A stretch of DNA of 64,000 bases from Amoeboaphelidium protococcarum X5 (taxonomy: Eukaryota > Fungi > Aphelidiomycota), in the NCBI GenBank assembly GCA_023515725.1, contig JALDTO010000214.1:124001-188000 (forward strand), written 5' to 3'. Every line of letters starts with the position of its first letter. Positions within the stretch are counted from its first letter, which is position 1. Below, one piece after another: positions 55,786 through 64,000 of this stretch. A program made the position numbers and the translations under genes. Below the pieces are notes generated by a model, which saw only the letters and a list, made by a program, of their open reading frames with translations, had not been told where the DNA came from and made no database searches.

Positions 55786-57429
55786 TCAATTCCACTTGAT
55801 ATTATTAAGATCGGCCACATTCACGATCCATTCCATATTGTTGAATTCAATCCTCCATTGAGCCATCTTGTGATGTCCGTCATAGACTTCGCAGGTGTGC
55901 GCAGATGCTTTCGGTTTGAGACTCAGCTTAAATCTCAGCGGCAAGTGACGTTTGTCTTCACTCAACAGCTCTTGCTTTATGCCCCAAACCATCGAGTTAT
56001 GGGTGGCAAGGGCGAATTGGGACAAGTTGGGGACAGTCTTGCACCGGCACGGATTCCAAGATTGTTCGTAATACTCGGGCCAACGTTTAGGGAAATTGTC
56101 CACCATGTTGTGCATCATATCGACAGGCCAGCTCTAAGAATAACGCCACAGTCCACGACTCTACACTGGGTCGGTATTCTCAATGACACTCCAGTCGGTG
56201 ATTTCACGACTCTCACTGTACGAAGCAGTGAACGACTTGGTGTAATTAAAGTTCAGTCCACCTTCCACTTGCTCACCTTTAAACCCCAGATTCATACTCA
56301 TCTGGAAACTATCGGTGGAAGACCAGCTGCGGCCAACTTCATGCTTGGTGTTCTGTGTCGGAGGAGAACTTTTCAACCAGAATACATTATCCGGATCTTG
56401 AACACCATCTTCACGTTCTGCATGTACTCCAATCTCAACATTGGACATGTAAATACCGACTCCATCAGGATGAACCATCTAAGTATTTGGATTATGAAGA
56501 CCATCAACCAGCACAAATGCATAGTACAGCTACTGGAATGGCGGTGCCTGCATATACAGATACCAGTAGGTGTTGAGTCGATGGGTTATCACTTGATCAT
56601 CCTTGAAAGGAAACGGATCACTCCACGAGACAACCCAACTCTTATAAGTGGTCTCAATCAGCTATCGCCAAACAGCACCCTCATCCACAGGAACCATAGA
56701 ACCAGTGTTTTAAACTTGGTCCATACCATCTTGGATCTTGAATTACGCATCAGTGGATTTCTATCCTTGGACGTAATTCCAACAGGTGACTTGATCAAAA
56801 TCTCCGGCACAATAATGTAAATAGTCATGCACATCTTGAGCAATTTGCGAAAGCAACTTAGAGCTATCGTTGTTATTACTACCACCAAAAGAAGCAGTGA
56901 ACACTTTAGCATCAGTTACAGCCTAGTCATTTGATGATCGCGAGTAATCAAGTCCAGAGTAAGCAGAGTGAACAATATTCCCATCCTTACCAGCAGGCAA
57001 ATCAAAGACACGATAATGCACAGCATCATGGACATCCTGGAAAGTATCAATCAATAGTAGAGCACTGCCATCACTCGTGTCCTTCATGAAGGGGAACTTG
57101 GCTTCAGTCAATAACTACTTTCTCTATTCACTACTGACATCCACAAGCATTACAGGAATTCCAAATTACAGAATTTACATTACAGATTAAAACTCTAAAT
57201 CTAACTAGAAGCCAAGAGCCACATATGCAGCCACTGTATTATTAGTAGATTCTTTATGAATGAACTACAACTAATGATCACCACTCTATTAAAGCGCCTT
57301 GACAATCTAGAACGAATCAGTGTTCTCAACTGCAATATGAGAGTCGCCAGACAACCACTGCAAAGTGACTGAAGCATGGGCAATACCAACAGCGCAAAAT
57401 CCTGCCAAAATTGTAGATATAGTAACCAT
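55786..57429 (-). CDS. Secreted leukocidin/hemolysin-like beta-pore-forming toxin candidate (547 aa)
   Basis: One intronless frame with TAR=Q; signal peptide MVTISTILAGFCAVGIAHA; SPPTQN followed by amphipathic hairpin SWSSTDSFQMSMNLGFKGEQVEGGLNFNYTKSFTASYSESREITDW, then GLWRY. The fold is inference. Confidence 0.7.
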
Positions 57430-57790
57430 ACTTCTTACAATATTTAACCACCTGATTGTAAGAAAGCACGACTACAAGTGACAATGATAAAGGACACACA
57501 AAACTAAATGAAGACAGAAAGAGAAAAACGCCCAAAACGATGATAAAACGCGCAAAACCAAAATCAGGCGCCGAATGACGCCGCGAAATGCCCAGCTAAT
57601 GTGGCGCTGAAACAAGTCCATTTTTATTGTTTCAGATCGAAAGAATGAATGGCTGGCTGTGTGATGGGCGATGCTCTGATAATTGTCTGCGCTACGTTCT
57701 CTTTCATACTCTGCACTGATGGTGATTTCGTTTCTCTTATATGAATATCTCATTCATTGATTGTCAGACTCTCATATCTCGTCACATATA

Positions 57791-59294
57791 ATGTCTTAAT
57801 TGTCTACTGCAAATTATAGTCAACAGTTAACGTAACAAACTCAGTTAGTTGGTACGTAGTAGACACAACATAGTCCGCGTGATACTCAGGATCTGAACTG
57901 TGCATGGGCAAAACTTGTTGGTCATCAAACTCATTGTAAGTACTCTATTGATATATCATCCATTGAGTTTAACAAGAGCCATTTCACTAGTATTTGTAGT
58001 GCTGTTTGAGAATTGTGTTCCTATTGGGAGACACAGGACGTGCTAGATAAGAATTAATGACTTGCACGTTTCTAACCATCATTGCAGTGTGCAACGCGGC
58101 GCTGATGGAATTGTTTCACTCACTGACCTTTCGACAAATGGCACGTTCCTTAATGGCATACAGGTCGGTAAAGGCAATCAGGTGCCACTGCAACACAATG
58201 ATCACATCGAGTTACTGAAGGGACGGATTTTCTTCATCTTTCTTGACTTGGAGGATTCAAAGATGATGTCTGATAGCGTCAACGATCTTGCCCCGTGTCA
58301 GGAAAAGTATTATGTCTTGAACAAGGTTCTGGGAGAGGGTAACTTTGCAACTGTGCAATTGGCTATACAGAAAGGTAGTATGGAGCGTGCAGCATGTAAG
58401 ATTATTTAAAAGTCAAAGTTGGATCTGCATATCAACAAGAAATAGTTTCAGCATCTCAGAAATGAAGTTCAAGTCTTGCAATCGATCAATCATCCTAATT
58501 TAGTGCAGTTGCTGGATGTTTATGAGACTGACAAGTCTATCTACCTAATGCTGGAGTACGTTGGTGATGGCGGAGAGCTGTTTATGCGTCTGCAAAGCCG
58601 TATTGAACTGTATGAGCAGGTGCCAGACGATTTGAAACCTCGTACTTTTCCAGGATTGGATCCACTCGAAGTATAATTTGTGTTCTACTAATTGCTGCTT
58701 GGTACCTAGTATTTGCATGAACATGATATTAGTCATAGAGACTTGAAGTTGGAGAATATACTACTGGAGACCAATGACAGATTTACTCGCGTCTGTATCA
58801 CTGATTTTGGACTGAGTAAGATTCAAAGTAATAAGACTCGTCTGCAGACAATGTGCGGAACTCTGATATACGTAGCTCCTGAAGTCTTAATGAACACCAA
58901 GGAAGATTCAGGATATTCTAATAAATGCGACTGCTGGTCTTTAGGAGTCATTCTTTACATGCTAGCTTCAGCTTCAATGCCGTTTATTGATGGAGGAGAT
59001 GACCAGCAGTTGAAGTATCTGATCACACGCGGAATCTACGAATTTGATGATCCTGTTTGGGATCTATTTGATCCATCAATCACTGATTTGATAAGCAAGT
59101 TGCTGATTGTTGATGTTGGTATGAGATACTCTATCAGTCAAGCCTTGAATCACCCGTGTGTACAATCAGACATATTCAAGCTGTCGAGATTGTATGAAAG
59201 TGTGACGCTCAAGTCTCAAAGCGAGACAATCACCGACGATGAACTGTACGCAAAGACTGAGATTGACTCCTCTCGTAATATCATCTACTACTGA
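57791..59294 (+). CDS. Chk2/Cds1/Mek1-family FHA-kinase
   Basis: N-terminal SQ/TQ cluster, FHA (IGR, VSNHH, STNGTFLNG), kinase HRDLKLEN, DFGLSK, TMCGT; intron 57936-57999. Confidence 0.9.
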
Positions 59295-59666
59295 CTTACA
59301 CATTAAATCTATACTTGAAATATTTAATATCAAGGACGCAATTAACCGTTGATTATCTAATAAAATACGTTGATATGTGAAAGCAAGTAAGAATCTTCGT
59401 AGCCACAGTACAACTTTCCAATCAACATTCAGTCTATGCTCAATAATCTTATCACTATAGACTTGAATGACATTGAAGGCGTTGCTTCAAGCTACTGAAC
59501 GCTTTTAGATACGAACTAATACGAATCGCAAATGTGTCTGTAGAATAGGAACAGGCATGACAAGCTGGACGCGCAATTAGAGTAGAAATGATTAAAATCT
59601 AATTTTTATAAAGACGACGCTTCGTAATCAATCAATATGTCATCAACAAACGGGAAACTTCATCCA

Positions 59667-60272
59667 TCAATTGATTCGCGTTGCGTTCAGCGTGTAATTT
59701 GAGCAAGGATGCTTGCCATTGTTCTTTACGCAGACTCCACTTTGGGAATCCAATTTAAATTTCCATTTATGCTTAGGACACACCAACACAGTCTGATCCT
59801 CAATGTCCAGCCATCCAGTGCTGAGATCGGCTTACTTGTGTGGACATAGTCTATCACATTCAAACTTTCCACTGGCAGTGTTAATAATCAATCGCTATGA
59901 ATTACTCGGCGACACTTGAATCCCAGTGGTTGACAATTATACATCCCTACTACTGGACTACGACTATAACTATGATTATTACAATTATATCACAGAAGAG
60001 GGCAGTATATTTTACGGTGCCAAAGATGTATCATTATTCTGTACAACAGGAGAATTCTTCTGATGTTGAGATTAAATATCAGACGGCTGATTCGACTAAT
60101 CTCTGCTAGCCATGTATTGATTAAAGATGGAAAACTATCCAAATTTCATAGACTTTTTCTTATTTGAATGCCCACCACCACCACTTGCTGATGAGCTACC
60201 ACTGGACGACATTGAACTCCCCGATGACGATCTTTACCGTGAAAACATGTTGAATAAGCCTTTTCTGATCAT
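59667..60272 (-). CDS. Low-complexity protein with C-terminal Rieske [2Fe-2S] domain (201 aa)
   Basis: RLCPHKQADL...LVCPKHKWKF Rieske ligand motifs; absent from the ORF track. Confidence 0.75.
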
Positions 60273-60716
60273 TCAAAAAGAGGCATTTCGTTGGAAAGAA
60301 GAAATCACCTGAGAGCAAAAAGTTTATGGAAACTGCGTGAGACTCTCAAAGCCAGGAACCAAAGAAACGAATTAACCAACTATTCATTCAAACATCCAGA
60401 ATAATTATTGTTATTAATGCGTAATAATATAGACGATAAATGGCTTGAATGAATTGTAACGTTATTTAATGACATGAATTATCAAGGGCTATTCATTCAA
60501 GGCAGAATTGGTGCTTGAGGTTATCGATGAAGCATCGCAGTTGAAACGACAATCTCTGCAGATCGAGTGAGTTAGTTGTGCTGCCCACAATTCAAACGGA
60601 GCGAATATAAAGGAAGACTAGCTGTCTGGCTGGCTATATTAAATGCTGAAGATTAGACGCGTCTTTGTGTAGAATTTTACAACACATTTCCGGCAATAAT
60701 CTATCTACCGCATTGT

Positions 60717-61367
60717 TCATGTGGGAGACCGTCCCTAAACCCAACTAAACTCGGAACAAGATTGAAATTATGACTATGAATTTTAAATGTCTAATTATTA
60801 AATATACTTCATGCTGTGAGATGAGGTTTTTTGTTCTAGTTAGAGACGTATGAGTTCGTAGAGAGGCAATATTTTACGGAGAGGAGGCCGAATGTTGGGG
60901 AACAGTATAACTATACTTGAATCATACAACACCAATGCGATGTAAAATTTGACTTGAAATCCAACTAGTCCTTCACAAATTAACACATCTTTAATATCCA
61001 CCATGCTAATAAATCTATTTCGATCAGTAAAAGCATTGTGACTTATTAATTGAATACCGATTCCATCTATACATACCACAGTCTCTTCTGTAACAGAGTG
61101 GAGCCAATAGAAGAGATGCACCAATGATGCAATTAAACAAATAGAGTAGTGCATGAAATAGAATTATAGCAATAGCCGCAATTTATATGAAAAGCTATTG
61201 AATACTCCAAGTTCAACTGGTCCAACAACTAAGTCACTGTTTAAAGTTTAGAGAGATACCAGAGCAGTACAAGCACAAATCGCCATGGCAGTGAGGAGGA
61301 GAATCGATACTCTAAGTATCCGAGATAGTTTATTATCTTAGGCCTTGCTAAATGTGAAATTTGTCAT
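60717..61367 (-). CDS. PIGH: PIG-H/Gpi15 GPI-GlcNAc transferase subunit
   Basis: Two TM segments, EETVVCIDGIGIQL, RFI..IKDVLICEG, FYIAL, LFPNIRP. Confidence 0.82.
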
Positions 61368-61807
61368 TAAAAAAGATTTCTTTAAAAATTAAAATACACA
61401 CTATACTCATAGTAATGGAAGAGGGGAGAATACACTTGTTCTTACTGTGTCTTCCCGGCGCCAATCGAAAACGCGAGATATTTCACACAACTGAAACCAT
61501 GTCGGTAGAATCGAAGCGAAAAAGTCATCAGATTTGTGTTGCAGACTACTGTCGGCCACATAGGATGTGCACTGGAATTGTACGTCGAAAATCCCATATT
61601 TGAGACTGTGCTTTTTTTAAACTTTGGCTTGGCTTCAGGATAAATTAGCTTTGTGTTCAATTAAAATAATTCGCATCAGCTAATCAGCGATTGTGTTTAG
61701 ATCATTGTGCGACCAGTCGTTGATTATGAATCGCTTCTGTAACGGGATACTGTGTTACTTCTTCTTTGTGTAAATCACAATCTCTTATCAAAAGTTTTGC
61801 CTATACC

Positions 61808-62653
61808 ATGGTATCCTATGTTGATATCATCTTTCTGGTGTCATCTTTCCTTGTCATTCATGTCGCGTCAGCTGTTTCAAGTGAATTTCAAGAAATGCTC
61901 AATCTCGTGAATGCTGAACGCGCATCTAAAGGGGCCCCGGCCGTTTGTTTGAACGCTAAACTGAACCAAGTGGCGTAGCGCTATGCATAGGTACTCGATG
62001 CTGCTGGAGCTATGGAGCACGAAGGTGTTGACGGGACCGATTTACCTACGCGTTTGTAGGCTGCAGGCTTTCCATACTCCTCTGCAGGAGAAGTCTTGGC
62101 GAAATGCTCCAAGCCTCAAGATGCTGTACGAGGTTGGATTAATTCTCCTTCACATCACAGCGCAATGATCGATCCAAAGTATCAATTAGCTGGTATTGGA
62201 CAAAGCGGCTTAAAGTGGGTCATGTACTATGCAGCGTCTGGTGAGGAGAAATGTTCTTCTGAATTGCCTGCAACATCTCCATCCCCAAGCGCAAAAGCTT
62301 ATCACTCCACTGATTCCCCCGCCTCTGATGTCGATGCCCATACATAAACTTAATCGTTGCCATTGTAAAGCATTTTATCTGCGCCGATTGCTGTTGGTTA
62401 GCCCTCGTCGTCTAATCCTCCGGCTACACCAACTTCATCGCCATCTGGTTCTCCTTCTCCCGCCGATAGTGCCGCTTCGTAAGAAGAAATATTTCTCGAT
62501 CTCTCTAGCTAAAGCAGTTTGGATACATTGAAATCCATTATCATTGGTATATTTCCTGGTCTGGCAGAATCGTCCGAGTAGCTGGATCAGCTAAATCAAG
62601 CGTTGGAGCGCCACGGAATTGGCAAAGGCGGTGTCACCTACATGGCTGGCTGA
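61808..62653 (+). CDS. Secreted CAP (SCP/PR-1) domain protein with Pro/Ser-rich tail
   Basis: Signal peptide; MLNLVNAERA..G, LNAKLNQVAQ, MEHEG, GEVLA, GWINSPSHHSAM. Confidence 0.88.
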
Positions 62654-62840
62654 CCTCTAGAGCATGTAATAAATGTATCAACTAGTCTATAATGAATAAT
62701 TTTCCCATACGTTAGAGATTCCTCGATTTGTTCTATTTAAATTTATTGGGCCTCAAATGACCCTCTCATAAAAATTTTAACTACATCAAAACGTTTAAAG
62801 CCGCTTTAGAATCGTTGTTTTCTATTAAATCATGCCATCA

Positions 62841-64000
62841 TCAAGACTGTGACAGCTTCTAAACTTCACCAGCAATAGCTATAGCAGACGGTCTCATAGA
62901 AGAATCTTGAGCCCAAGCAAGTTGAACAACCTGAAATAGCATATGTGCACGGCTTTCCAGAAATTGAGCTTCAGGCCTTGCACCTTGCAGCACCAGCTCA
63001 GCAACTTACGCTGCATTGAAGCCTTCCCATGCCTTTGTGCGCGTCAATATCTCAAACATCACCACAGCACCAGCATAAACATCGCTTGAAGGAAGAAGAT
63101 GCTCAGGCACTTATAATTATTACAAAACTTCTGGAGCAGCATACTTAATAGAGTGACCTTTCAACAAATTCCATTATAAGCCTTTGACAAAGTTTGCCTG
63201 AGACTGGATTGTGCAGATACCAAAGTCTGTCAAAACCGCACGCAAAACTCTATTACTGCCTTGCTATACCAAATAATTACCGGATTTGATGTCATTGTGG
63301 ACGACAGAATTGAAATGCAGGATAGAAAGCGAAGTCATTACGTCCAAACATAAAATCTGCTGTTACTCCATTGAATAGTCGACCTGTTGAAAAGGCAAAG
63401 CTTGGCCCAGAATCAGCTGTTCCAAAGACCCCAGTTCATAATTGATCATAAGCAATACATTGTGCAGAGTATCGAAACCAACCAGCTTTGCAATCTAGTC
63501 ATCGTCTTTGAATCTCCACATCAGAGCAATCTCCTGATGAACGCTATCCTTCTGCACTTTGCCAATGAAGCATTTAGCTGCAACCAATCTTGTACTACTT
63601 GTAGCAAACGGATGCAAAGTCGGAAAAGACAAAATCTCTGCAACCTAAATCTCAGCTTATCCGCCCTTGTTGATAAAGAAAATTGGGTACCATTCTAAAA
63701 TTTATAACACGCTTCAACTCCAAGTATGCTGGCACAGCAACTTCCATCGAAGAATTCATAAACGTTGTACCACCCATCGCTGTACCTCCTATTTAAATCG
63801 CCGAACCAATTGCCGCATTTAATGTTTGATCAGTCATACCTCCAGTATTCCTTAATAACAGCATCTTGGAAGACCTCATGCGAGCCTTGATGTATCTGCG
63901 CCTGATGCAATACATAGACAGCAGAACCAACACTAAAATCAAAAAGCAGACAATCGCATTAACAATGATGTACACGGTCATCGTAGAGGACTAGGTACCA
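62841..64000 (-). CDS. Receptor-like transmembrane kinase, 3' part, with apparent +1 frameshift (pseudogene or sequence error)
   Basis: TM helix ending CIRRR, VPAYLEL, then kinase INKGG, AAK, HNDIKSGN, DFG, YAAPE; the TM and kinase frames differ by 1 nt at the A4 run 63679-63682. Confidence 0.8.

Noticed and set aside
55858-56820. 320-aa plus-strand ORF, the longest in the supplied track
   Set aside because: Antisense shadow of the minus-strand toxin-like gene; no motifs of its own.
59295-59666. Protein-like fragments between the Chk2-like and Rieske genes (also 60273-60716)
   Set aside because: Short, interrupted by TGA or lacking a start; cannot be supported.

Overview
Gene-dense eukaryotic nuclear DNA with about 42 protein genes, short GT-AG introns and short intergenic spacers. 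It uses a non-standard code: TAA/TAG read as Gln and TGA is the only stop, so the supplied standard-code ORF track is fragmented and all CDS coordinates here were re-derived by hand. The code, together with fungal-type genes (HOM2, THR1, HSP78, SPT8, Spo12) and genes lost in Dikarya (Zwilch, condensin II H2), points by inference to an aphelid such as Amoeboaphelidium protococcarum. Most genes are housekeeping. The notable accessory elements are: (i) a tandem pair of PD-(D/E)XK nuclease + kinase genes (Spok/Crinkler-like) bracketed by decayed copies of the upstream gene's 3' end; (ii) a second ~1.8 kb islet bracketed in the same way by a duplicated HEM2 3' end; (iii) a secreted leukocidin/hemolysin-like beta-pore-forming toxin candidate; (iv) a non-RD receptor-like kinase with a frameshift. 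Window-wide, all 25 introns I could place end in GTAG, and TAR codons often sit immediately before the TGA stop. All family calls are from motif recognition by eye; no database searches were run.
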